From: Marsupella aquatica
Taxonomy: Eukaryota > Plantae > Marchantiophyta
Direction: 5' to 3'
DNA length: 64,000 nt
Assembly: GCA_973895155.1 (NCBI GenBank)
Contig: OZ316895.1
Span: 17,439,437-17,503,436, forward strand
Made by a program: the position numbers and the translations under genes. Of this stretch, positions 1 to 11,600 are shown piece by piece. The stretch's first letter is position 1. Each line of letters opens with the position of its first letter. The notes beneath the pieces are model-generated. The model had not been told where the DNA came from. It searched no databases and saw only the letters and a list, made by a program, of their open reading frames with translations.

Positions 1-206
1 TGGCAACGCCCATAACTTTCTTGGTAGGCATTCGCAAGCAAAGTGCCTTAGCCCGTTGTGACCGGGCCGACCCAGTGCTCATGCCCAGGCCCTCAGGTCT
101 GATCGTCGCTTGGGCCCCCCGACCGGCCAAACCCGAATCGGGCCACAACTTGCGCCCCAAGCGTCTGTTGCCAATGGCGTCAACTCCATTGGCCTTGGGC
201 CCAAGA
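1..206 (+). repeat. Left arm of an inverted repeat (pairs with 6200-6405); runs off the window start
   Basis: 1-206 is a high-identity reverse complement of 6200-6405; the ORF track gives near-identical peptides for 21..269(+) and 6185..6385(-). Confidence 0.92.
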
Positions 207-433
207 GGAGCTCACTCCCAAGCCCTCAGAACTCAAAGTCCATTCAACAGTCCGGACGACCATCCTTGAGCCCGACCCATTTTCCCTTGATCCGACCAGC
301 CGTAAGCTAGTCCAAGTCCTTAGTTTGTGTCCCCAGCTTGGCCCGTTGCCTCGCCAGTGTCACGTCTCATTGCTCACAAGTCTCCCCATGCTAAGTCCTC
401 CCCGGATGGCCTATCCGGGCCTGGACCATAAGG

Positions 434-756
434 TGTGGGGAGAAATCAGATCAGGAAAAACACTCCAAACATACACGTGCTCAATAGTTATGTGGTTCGC
501 CTCACGGTTGGCTACGTCCACGGGAAGACCAAGCTTTATTAACGGTTATGTGTCTACTCAAGCATCACCATAGCTCTCATCTCTTCAAGCTCTCATCTCT
601 TGCTATATCACTATGTTCTCTCTTGAGAACTCTCTTGTGTGTTCTCACACCACATAGAAGTTGAAGAGATAAGGACCAACTCTTCAACTAGGGTTTACTC
701 TAACCCTAGTTATCATACTAACCATAGTTCAACCCAAGACTGAGTTAACCTCTACA
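434..756 (-). repeat. 3' LTR of the copia element (323 bp)
   Basis: Direct repeat of 5791-6141, preceded on the - strand by the polypurine tract AGGGGGAG (759-766). Confidence 0.95.
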
Positions 757-950
757 AACTCCCCCTTGACTCACGTCTTGGGAGGGTTCATAACATTGTC
801 TTTTCCTTACAAGTTCCTCCGCGGGAAGTTCAAGATAGTAGGGCCAAAAGACCCTCCCCCTAATGCAAGGGTTAACTAGAACTAAGCCGTAGCCGATAAG
901 CCATTGGATGGAGTACTCATATAGAGACATTTTCTTGGTTAACTCTATAT

Positions 951-3900
951 TTACAATATTTGTAAATAATTACAATGCCTTGAAAAAATATTGGAGTCTA
1001 ATACTTTGGTAAAAGCATCCGCTGGATTAAGCTTTCCATCAATCTTGACAAGCTCAAATTCATCATCCGATAATGCTTGTTGGATGAAATGATAGCGAAC
1101 ATCAATGTGCTTTACCCTGCCATCCATCACCTGATTCTTGGCAGTGTAAATTGCACTTTGACTGTCACAATGAAGATATATATACACACTCCTGTGATAA
1201 ACCCATCTCCGTGACAAGCTTTTTCAACCAAATGGTCTCTGATGCTGCTTCTGCTACTGCTACATACTCGGCATCCATAGTAGACTTTGCAACACAGTTT
1301 TGGAGAGTAGACTTCCAACTAATGCATCCACCAGCAAGTGTAAATACATATCCAGTTGTCGATCTCCTCTTATCCAGATCACCTGCGTAGTCTGCATCCA
1401 CATAACCTTGAAGCACTTTCATATTGTTTGAACTTGCATCAAACAATAAACCCTTCTTAGTGGAACCTCTGATGTAGCGCAAAATCCATTTCACTGTTTC
1501 CCAATGAACTTTTCCTGGATTTGCCATGTATCTGCTTACCTTGCTAACGGCATAAGCTATGTTTGGTCGGGTGCATACCATGAGATACATTAAACTATCC
1601 ACATCATTTTCATAAGGAACTTTGGACATCAAACTTTTTTCTGTCGTATCCGATGGACAAAATGCTGTAGAAATATTAAAATGCCTTGCCAAAGGAACAC
1701 TCACAGCCTTAGCATCTGCCATGTTGAATTTTGAGAGTACCTTCTCTGCATATCTTTTCTGCGTTAGCCAAAGTTTGGCTAAGTTGTTAACATCCCTGAC
1801 AATCTCCATGCCTAGGATCCTCTTGGCTGTGCCCAAATCCTTCATCTTAAACTCAGAACTGAGTTGGGCCTTAAGCTTATCAACTTCGCCCCTATCATGT
1901 GCTGCAATGAGCATATCATCCACATAAAGTACAAGGATGACAAGCTTAAAACCTGTGTTGTTCATACGCCTTATGTAAACACATGGATCGTACACGCTTC
2001 GCACAAATCCAAGCGATTTCAAAAATTCATCAAAATGCTTGTTCCATTGCCTTGGGCTCTGCCTTAATCCATACAAGGATTTTAGCAACCTGCATACCAA
2101 ATTTTCCTTGCCTTTTGCACAAAACCCTCTGGTTGCCTCATGTAAATTACCTCATCCAACGATCCATATAAGAATGCCGTGACAACATCCATTTGATCTA
2201 AAACCAGATCAAATAAAACTACAAGAGCACATAGCAAACGTATTGTTGAATACTTTGCTACAGGTAAAAAAACCTCATTGTAGTCTATACCTTTTTGTTG
2301 AGTAAAACCCTTGGCTACCAACCGAGCCTTAAATATCTTCTCAGCATCCTCCGTGGGTCCATCTTTCTTCCTATACACCCTCTTGTTGTCAATAGCCTGC
2401 TTGTCACTAGGTAGACTTGTGAGTTCCCAAGTCTTGTTATCATGAAGTGATTTTATTTCCATGCGTATCGCCGCCTGCCATTGTTGCTTCTCCATAGAAG
2501 CTAGGACCTCTCAAAATGAGGATGGATCTCCATCTTTTGTCACCAATGCATCAATAGATTCTTCATCCAAATCCACTTGATCAGAAGGAAACCCCATACC
2601 TTTCCCGGGCTTGACGTTTTCGAGTTCCTCTTGGCACTGAAGACTTTGGCTGATCTGATTGTAGTGTGCTTTGCCTTACAGTGGTGTCAACATATTCGTT
2701 ATCTGACACATCCTTTCCCCTTATATCCTCTAGAGAAGGAGATTGCTTTTTGTTAGTAGTAGGGAATTGATGTATCTCCCCCTTATTCAATGATTTTTCT
2801 TCATTGAAGGATACATCTTGACTAACAAGTAACTTGCAATCAACTGGATCCCACAACCGATAACCTTTAACTTCACGCTGATAACCAAGAAAAATCCATT
2901 TATGGGCTCTAGGATCTAGCTTAGTCCTATTGTTGCTAGGAACATGTGCATATGCTTCACAGCCAAAAACCTTAAACTTTGAATAATTAGCAGGTCGATT
3001 GTACCATAGCTCAAAGGGGGTTTTGTAAGTAATTGCCCGACTAGGAGAGAGATTTACTAGATAAGCAGATATGTTGACAGCTTCTGCCCAAAAGATTTGT
3101 GGCAATTTAGAGTGGCTCAATATGCTCCTTGCTCGCTCCAACAATGTGCGGTTGAGTCGCTCAGCAACACCATTTTGCTTAGGAGTGTACACAATTGTGA
3201 GATGGTGAGTAATTCCCTTATTTGCACAATACGTGTTGAACTCGCCAGAGGTGTATTCACCACCATTATCTGATCGTAGATATCTCACATTCTTTGCAGT
3301 CTGTGTCTCAACTTGAGCTACCCATTGTTTGAAGATGGAAAGCACTTCAAACTTATGGGCAATGAAATAAATCCAAACAAACCTTGAGTAATCATCGATA
3401 AACGATACATAGTATTGTTTGCCTGAATGTGAGGAAACCGGAGTAGGACCCCACACATCGGAATGAATATATTCAAGTACAACTTTAGAATGATGAATGA
3501 CAGTTGGAAATGGAGTTCTTGTTTTCTTGCCGACAATGCAATGATCACAAAAACTCAACTTGCATGCTTGCAATCCTGGTAGGAGATGTCGCTTGTGTAG
3601 GATTTCCAAACTTTTTTCACTCATGTGACCAAGCCGAGCATGCCATAAATTGATTTTCTCCTCCTGAGATGTGACCAAATTGACTTCGGCAAGAAGTGTG
3701 GTGCCTTCCAAGACATAGATATTTCTTTTCCTCTTGCCAATAAGAACTTCAGTTGATCCATGCGTGACTGTTAACACCCCATCAGTTGCACTCCATTGAT
3801 AACCCTTTGCATCCAAGTAGCCAAGAGAAATCAAATTCTTATACATTTCTGGAATGTGTCTGACATTTGATAGAGTACAGTACTTGCCACCGGGTAGTTG

Positions 3901-4986
3901 AATCTTTACGGATCCAATCCATAAAACTTTGCAAGAATGATTATTTCCCATCAAAATAGATCCGTTGATAGGAGTGTAGGATGAGAACAGTTCACGCATA
4001 TAGCACATGTGATACGAGCAAGCGGAATCCAAGATCCATTGACAATCCTCAACTTGGGAAGTGGTACACAATGCAAATCTTTCACTATCCTCTTCTCGAA
4101 CAACTACTTGGGTTGAAGAACCGACAACTTCTTTGAATGTGTCTTTGATGCAAAAATCCTTCTTCATGTGGCCCACTTTGTCACACTTCCAACACTTTAT
4201 CTCACGAGTAGACTTGGATGGTGATTTGGATCGAGATCTAGATCTGGATCTAAACCTCCTCCTACCAAAAGATCGGTCGTGGAACCTTCCTCGCTCCATG
4301 GGAAGTGGGTTAAACCTTTTGTTTTCATGAGATGGCTCCCTTGATTTGCCTCTTTCTACCAACAATGCTGTTGATGATGAGGTTGAGGTAGGATGAGCTG
4401 AAGAAACCAGCTTAGACTGCATGTCATCGGTCAATAGGGCACTCACCACATCATTGTAGGATATAGTTGTCTTATCACGGAATAGAAGAACTCGAGACAA
4501 AGATTGGTACGAAGGTGGTAGTGAGCTCAAGAGTTGTAAGGCTTTCTTTTCTTCGCTCAAATGCTCCCCCAAATTCTCTAGGTCAACCACAAGATCATTG
4601 AACTGATCGATATGATCTTGAATCTTGACTCCATCAGCCATTTTGAATTGCATAAGCTTCAGACTTGCATACATTCGGTTTGACATCTCCTTCTTGTAGT
4701 ACTTGTTGCCCAATGCTTGAAACAAGTTCGTCACCGTTTGTGTTGTTTTTTCCTCAAACTACTTCTTCACATTGTTTTTCAGGTACATGCCAACAATACT
4801 TACCGCTTGATCCTGGAGATCATGCCAATCATCATCTTCCATCTCCTTGGGTTGAGATCTTAGTACCTTGCCTAGGCCCATCGCCCTAAGTGCATCCCTC
4901 ACGTTACGTTCCCACATTGTCTAGTCCATTCGACCATCAAATTTGTCCACCTCAAACCTTTGACCTCCAATCCTAGTAGTCGCCAT
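951..4986 (-). pseudogene. copia gag-pol polyprotein with stops and frameshifts
   Basis: Starts MATTRIGGQRFEVDKFDG at 4986 followed by an in-frame TAG. Contains zinc knuckle CWKCDKVGH, protease WILDSACSYH, integrase LWHARLGH...IHSDVWG...RSDNGGEY, RT YVDDML and RNaseH GYVDADYAGD...HCDSQSAI. Split over ORFs 2581-4734, 2082-2495, 1165-2100 and 951-1217. Confidence 0.93.
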
Positions 4987-5776
4987 CGCTGGAATGCCAA
5001 ATGTAGTGTGGAGTCACCTTCCCACAAGAAATAAACGTCGAATGCTCAGATGTGGGGTGTGAAAATAAGGCCAAAAATGAAAGTTGGTGAATTTTGAAAC
5101 TGATCACTCCTATGTGTAGCCCACAAGATAACGCTCCAAATCCTGAAAATGGTTTGTCAAATGGACTCTTGAGTGCCGAGAATTTTTACTCCAACCGGAG
5201 GGGGGTAAAAGATGAAATAATTGCCCCTCGAGGGAATCTCTTATGCCAAAGATTCCACTAGTGTACTTTTTCAGAATCAAATGCACCAATACTTGCCTAG
5301 CTTCCCCAAGTACGCCTCTCCAAAAGTTAAAGTTGATCCAATTTTATTTGTCGCTCGGAATCTTTGACCTTCGGTAAAAATTTAAGCCTTTGGAAAAGAA
5401 TCTTTTTGGGAAATTCTGTTCGCCCTTGTACAGCCCCTGTGGGGGACTTCACAAGGGGCACTTCCCCCTACCCGAGCCCTGTCAAGCCCTAAAAGGCCTC
5501 CTCAAAGTTTTCGACCTCCTCGCGCGTCCGCGGAAGTTGCAACTACTCGCGGCAGAAAGTACCCCTCGACGGATTCACTCAAATTCAATTGTTTCTATTT
5601 TTGACCTCAGGCCTTCATTGCTTCACTTAAATGAGCCCCTGATTGTGTGCTCCACACTTGTGAGAAGATTGAGTCCGATCTTCTTTCAATAGCTCCGCTT
5701 CGAAGAGGAAATCATCCGCTGTTTGCTTTGCTTGAAGCAAGTTCTATGGAGTTCCTAATCGACTGAAAAAATCTGA

Positions 5777-5788
5777 GCTCTGATACCA
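5777..5788 (-). promoter_or_regulatory. Primer-binding site for tRNA-iMet
   Basis: The - strand reads TGGTATCAGAGC 2 nt inside the 5' LTR, the canonical plant copia PBS. Confidence 0.93.
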
Positions 5789-5790
5789 AT

Positions 5791-6141
5791 TGTGGGGAGA
5801 AATCAGATCAAGAAAATCACTCCAAACATACATGTGCTCAATAGTTACGTGGTTTGCCTCAAGGTTGGCTACGTCCACGGGAAGACCAAGCTTTATTAAC
5901 GGTCATGTACTCAAGCATCACCATAGCTCTCATCTCTTCAAGCTCTCATCTCTTCAAGCTCTCATCTCTTCAAGCTCCCATCTCTTGCTATATCACTGTG
6001 TTCTCTCTTGAGAACTCTCTTGTGTGTTCTCACACCTCATAGAAGTTGAAGAGATAAGGACCAACTCTTCAACTAGGGTTTACTCTAACCCTAGTTAACA
6101 TACTAACCATAGTTCAACCCAAAACTGAGTTAACCTCTACA
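5791..6141 (-). repeat. 5' LTR of the copia element (351 bp)
   Basis: Direct repeat of 434-756, adjacent to the PBS. Carries about 4 copies of the 16-bp unit GCTCTCATCTCTTCAA. Confidence 0.95.
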
Positions 6142-6146
6142 TAAGG

Positions 6147-7615
6147 GAGCTCGGCATCGGAGTCAGCGACGCCGGAGCTAAGTGTTAAGGTAGTCGAGTT
6201 CTTGGGCCCAAGGCCAATGGAGTTGACGCCATTGGCAACGGACGCTTGGGGCGCAAGTTGTGGCCCGATCCGGGTCGGGCCGGTCGAGGGCCCTGAGTGG
6301 CAATCAGACCTAAGGGCCTAGGCATGAGCACTGGGTCGGCCTGGTCACAACGGGCTAAGGCACTCCGCTTGCGGATGCCTATCAAGAAAGTTATGGGCGT
6401 TGCCAGTTGGTGGCGTGCCCATTATGCGCGATGGGATCCGGGTTGGGGGCCAAATGTCTAGGGACCAAAGCTGGTCCGGGGTGGCAGGTCTCCAGAAGCA
6501 TATATGAGGGGAGTGGTGTCTCCCTGGGGGCTAAGGGCAAGCCGAAGTTGTGAGCCGCGGCGATCGCGACACTAAGGAAAATTGTCAAACGGAAATGACG
6601 ATATCTTCCCAACGGGAAGTCCTTCACGTCCGTTGGAGGACTTCTTGGGTTCATTGGAAATCTCTTGAGGAGGGCTACGCCCTCCTGAGCTCAAATAGGT
6701 CCGGGGGTGCCGTGGGTTCTGGTGGTTTGCGGGTGTTAGCTCACCTGCTTGCCAAATCCTGCCGAATAGCAGCCAAGCCGCGTTCAGCCTCCCAAGGGAG
6801 CTTGCGTTGGGGAGGCAAGGCCAAGTAGGTATGGAGGCTGCTTCCCAAGGGTGCTCGGTCCCTAGACCATCAGTGGGGAAAATCGGGAGTGGTTGCTAGG
6901 GTCGGGGCCGTTCTGGTCCCGGCGTGTTGGGACAAGCTTGGGACAAGCTTTAGGACAAGCTACGCTACTTGGGCCATGAGCATGTCCTGAGGTCAGAGCA
7001 TCAGTTGGTGATGGATAGGTACGAGGGGGAACCCGGGCCGCGCCCAAGGAAGGAGTTGTCCTGGACGGACAGTGGGCGTGGGTTCTAGTTCTGGCTTATG
7101 GCATCAGGAGAACCTATCGCTGACCTATTTACCAACGTCTGTTGAGCTTGAGTTAGGATGCTAGACTGGGCGAGTTCTAGATTCGAAGGGGTTACTTACC
7201 GAGGTGCTTGGTTGTTTGTGCAGACAGTGAGGACCGTTGAGTAGCGGTCGTGCAGGTGAGCAAGTGCGGCTTCGTATGGGAGTGGCCGCAGGTGGTGCTA
7301 GAGGCACTTGGATGCTTGCTCGAGGTATTCCGTGGAGGCGTTCGGGCACCAAGGGCACTTAGGAGCAAGTGTCGGGATTGGTGAGGGCGCTGGGTGGCGA
7401 GGTCCACCACTCACGGGAACACACAAGAGCCACAACACAAGCTCTCCCTATCTCTCAACTAGCTCCGTAACAATGAGCCTAAGTTCCACCCAGGGTCTGA
7501 CATCAGCCCTGGCTATATGCACAACAACACTACCGTTAACACTAGCTAAATCCTAACCCGAGTTAAACTAATTGTGGTTAGCTCATGAGTCACAAAACTA
7601 GAGCAATATCTAACA
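6147..7615. repeat. GC-rich unclassified repeat/TE remnant hosting the copia insertion; includes the right inverted-repeat arm 6200-6405
   Basis: GC-rich, no credible ORF. 7140-7615 is bounded by TGTT...AACA like an LTR but has no TSD. Confidence 0.5.
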
Positions 7616-8698
7616 GTTATCGGTTTGTTGAAAATTGATTTCATTTCATCACCCACACATTCCTTGGATAAACATAGGGGAGTTCATATGCTTCTCTTGC
7701 CTCCATTTCCATGGATTAATTTGTCTTCAAATGTTCTAATGCTTCTCTTGCCTCCATTTCCGTGATGGGGTTGGGGGAGGGTTCCCCGATTTCACTTAAA
7801 AAATATATATGAAATAAAAATGAAAACGTAATGATAAATTGGAGGAGAAGCCACCTTCTTGGCTGCTTCCTAGATTTATAAAAGCATGTGGTGGCTCTCT
7901 CGTCAACTCGTGACGCAGACTACAGTAGGACTTTCTTGACTGAAATTGGACTGGACTGGACTGATTCACACTCTGCAACGACCCATGCCGATCAGTTGAT
8001 TCGCAGTTCAGCATCGCCTAGTCCTTGTGGACAGATTTTATGGAACCTCGTAGTTCCAACGAGGAAGGGAGCAAATCCTGAGACGCGAGCTCTGCTTGCT
8101 TGTGATGGAATCTGGAATGTGCGATAGTTTGTCGTGAAATTTGGGACTTGAGTGTGAGTCCAAATCGGAAGGAAGTTCAATGGAGGTAGTCAATGATCAA
8201 GACTGTGCGGAGGGTACTGCGGATGACTGTTCGGAAGTCTTTGTTATCTTATCGACTTGATCGATCTTGCTTGGAACTTGTACAACCTACTTGTGATATT
8301 TTTTGAACTTAAATTCCAGGTACTCACATGGGAATTCTCGGAATGTGCTTTTGGCACTTAGAATTTTAGTTAGTGGGTGAGAATGAATGTCTTCATTGAA
8401 GCTCAAAAGTTGAAGATCCTTGGCACATTTGCTGTGCAGACCGTTTCACGCAGAGATGTTTAGACAGGATGAAAGGAAAGATTTATGAAACACTGTCAGG
8501 CTTAATAAGAACGGAAGCAGTATTCTGCTCCGGGGTAGAGAACCCATCTGCTGATCTGAAACGAATGATTATTGGTTCTCTGGCGGATTGGACCATATTG
8601 TTTGAGTTCTTTGCCCTTTAACACTCTTTTCTTTTATGATAGGTGCTAATGTGTCCTGCATATTCTGCTCTGAACTGTGAATTGAACGAGCAGATCTT

Positions 8699-11600
8699 AT
8701 GGCTCGGATGGAGCTTCATTCTACTCTAGTACCAAAGGCTTTCCGAGGTGGATGGGCTAGTGCTTCTTCCAAAGTTTCTTTGTTTTGTTTTGCCCTTCAC
8801 ATTGTAGCGGAGCCAAACGATAGAGAGTATGCAGACTTTGCTCTCTTTCTAGAAGCAGACGTTAACGACAGTATGAAGGATACTATAACTGAGCTCTATC
8901 TGAAGAAGCGACGAAAAGTGAAAATTCAGCTCGTATCCTGTGGACAGGTTGAGTTTGAAGTCGATCAGGTATAGTGAACATCAATTGCGCATACATAGAC
9001 TTCAAGCTTAATGCGTTATTGTCAGAGCTCGTCTTCAATCCCTGTAAATGGTCCTCAACAGCCATGCAGGTGTAGTTCTTGCGAGTCCCCTTGCTGCAAA
9101 TGTTAGGATGTACGAATAGTCTTTTCCGTGTTCTATTTGATTGCCCCGCAATTTCTTGCAGAGTTCCCTCAACAGTATCCATTTCTCTGAAGAGTGGTAT
9201 CGTCTCTTGTAAAGTCGTGAATGTCGTTTGAGAAGATACTGACACTGATGGGAACTCCCTAACCTGCCGTTGGTGTGTAGCGGGGTCGAGCCTTCGCATT
9301 TTCAAAAGCGCTGATGTGGAGTCCTGCTCTACACTTCCTGCACTTTCCTTTTGCAGTTAATGTCTCGTGGTGCACTTTTTTTCTTACTGCAGTTAACGGA
9401 TGCTATGAGGTTCCAAGAAAAAATCTTCAGCATAACGCTAGGCTCGACGACTGAAAAGAACATCCAACCAAACTGGGACCCAGCGTTGCTTTATCTGATA
9501 CTCCCATTGCTACCGCGAACCAGAAGCCCAGCTTCAGTTGATTGGAAACGCGTGCGAACAGTCTTGACGGACGTTGTTCCGGGATCTCGTCCATTGTTTC
9601 GAGCTCCAAGGGAGGATTACACTGAGGATGAATCTCATCCATCTGACCACGAAAGCCAGTCAAAGACTGGGGCTTTCGTTCAGATGGCAAATGGGCCTGT
9701 ATCTCTGGATGCAGCTTTAAATTCTTTAGTGGAAGATATCCGCAACGGTAATTTATATATCATCGTTCCTGATATGGATAGCCACAGCGCTTTTGGAGAC
9801 CATCACAGCGGTCTCGGGTACTCTCTTTCACAGACGCAGAACCATTCGCAGTCTTCGACCTAGGTCGATTGCTATAAAGAAATGCTAGGGAGCACATTGA
9901 CATTTCTGGAAATTTCATGATTTTTGAGTGTTTTGTATTATCGCTTGCTGTTTCACATCATATTTGTAATCTGGTATAGGTTGGACAGATTCCATCCTAA
10001 ACAATTGCGGCTAATGGGAAAGCCATTGAAGAAGATGGACAATCTTCTGGATAACACAAAGACCGGACCAGACAAACAGTCAGGTGATTCAATTCTGTCT
10101 TTGCCAACAGAGTGCCGACTCATCGGTTAATCTTTTCCTGCTTGATGTACTTGGGAGTCTCAATTCTTCGTCAGGAAAATGGACATGGAAATGTCTTGAT
10201 ATCCAGGAATGTTGATTGACGGAAATCTAGGCTTTAGAGTTCAACTTCGCTTTTCCATCACAAAGCCAGTTTACGTCGGAAGGGTGAGTGTCTTCTAAAC
10301 TTGTCTAGGGTCAGAAGTTCACAACAAAATCGTACAATCAATGAAAGTACCCATGATGTACATCTTGAATTTTGAGATTTTGAGGTTTACAATGGAAAGG
10401 TTGAAAAGCAAAGCGCCTTGGATTCTCAAAATCCTGTTTTCGTCATCTTCGCAGAGTCTGTTGTGAAAGAGGAATGGTTTACGAAACTTCGGCCTGAATG
10501 GTGCTGCCTAAAAGTACTTGGGTTTTCTTCTCAAGTTATGAACACGGTGTCCTTGATGCCATCTTTCATGCATAGAGTTGAAAAATTACTATTAGCAACT
10601 CAGTTGCAGGAGGAACTTGAGGCAGCTTTTAGTGAAGCAGCAAAGGTGTTTCCCACGACGGTAGCTCTCTTCCTCCTTCAAATCCATTAGTTCAACATTA
10701 AGGATGATGAACTCATATTAGTCTGCGACTAATTTTGGACCTACATGGCGTTTTAACTAAGGTATTGTTGACGCTTCGTAGGTTCTTCAAGCGTTGACCA
10801 GGGCTAGGTGCAAGGAAAGTTGGAGTTTGGAGAGACTTGAGTTCTTTGGTGATGCCTTTCTAAAGTTCGCAGTGAGCAAACGTCTGTTTCTGGTCAATGA
10901 TAAAGCGAGGGAAGGTCAACTCACTGACATGAAGAAAGAGGAGATCTCGAACTCCTCCTTACACCAACGAGGTGTTGCCCATAAGTTGACTGTAAGCTCC
11001 TGTCCGTTTGGCCAAATTGGGAAAGAGTACCTATATGTGTTTGAGATTAGGCCCAGTAGCCTAACGAGAGTTCTAGACGATAAATTCCAGTTTACACTAT
11101 ATTTCTAACGGCTCTCTGACGAGTTCTAGACTGGAGATATTATGGGTATCCATTCATGTACTTCTTAATTGATTGGAATGCTTCTGTGTATTGAGAGTGC
11201 TTTTCAATGAACTGACTCTGGACGATCTTATAGGTGCCTTTGTAAGGGCGGTTTCTTTTGTCTTGAATTCCTCGTCCTGTCTTGGTGAAAGTTCATCAAT
11301 GGCATGAGCATCATGGGTTCTAGCGCTTTTGCTTTATAGTCACGCATTGATGAATTTGGTTAGAATTTCGTGCCCCTGATTCTGTTCCGGGCCGTATGAG
11401 TCAGTTGACCTAAGTTGGAATTGGTGGGGATCTACACAGCTGTACATCCTCGATGAGCTTTTTAACCCACTGCAATGGAGTGCACCGGGTCGGCCGTGTC
11501 GAGTGCATTGTGATGCAAGCAACCGAGCTGCGATACATGACGTAGAACTCATTGTAGATGCATCAAACCCCAATCAAGTCAAATGCAGTGAAGGGTATCG

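Larger units (their letters stand above)
434..6141 (-). mobile_element. Full-length Ty1/copia LTR retrotransposon (Tnt1/Tork-like), coding region decayed
   Basis: Two TG...CA LTRs (434-756 and 5791-6141), 5-bp TSD TAAGG (429-433 and 6142-6146), iMet PBS next to the 5' LTR, PPT next to the 3' LTR. Domain order is gag-PR-INT-RT-RNaseH. Confidence 0.97.

Noticed and set aside
7140-7615. Solo LTR
   Set aside because: TGTT...AACA ends are present, but the flanks (ACGTC / GTTAT) give no TSD and there is no clear PBS or PPT.
8883-9305. 140-aa - strand ORF
   Set aside because: Antisense to Dicer exon 1/intron 1, with no motif.
10700-10780. Intronic box C/D snoRNA
   Set aside because: A box C-like ATGATGA is present, but there is no suitably placed CTGA box D or terminal stem.
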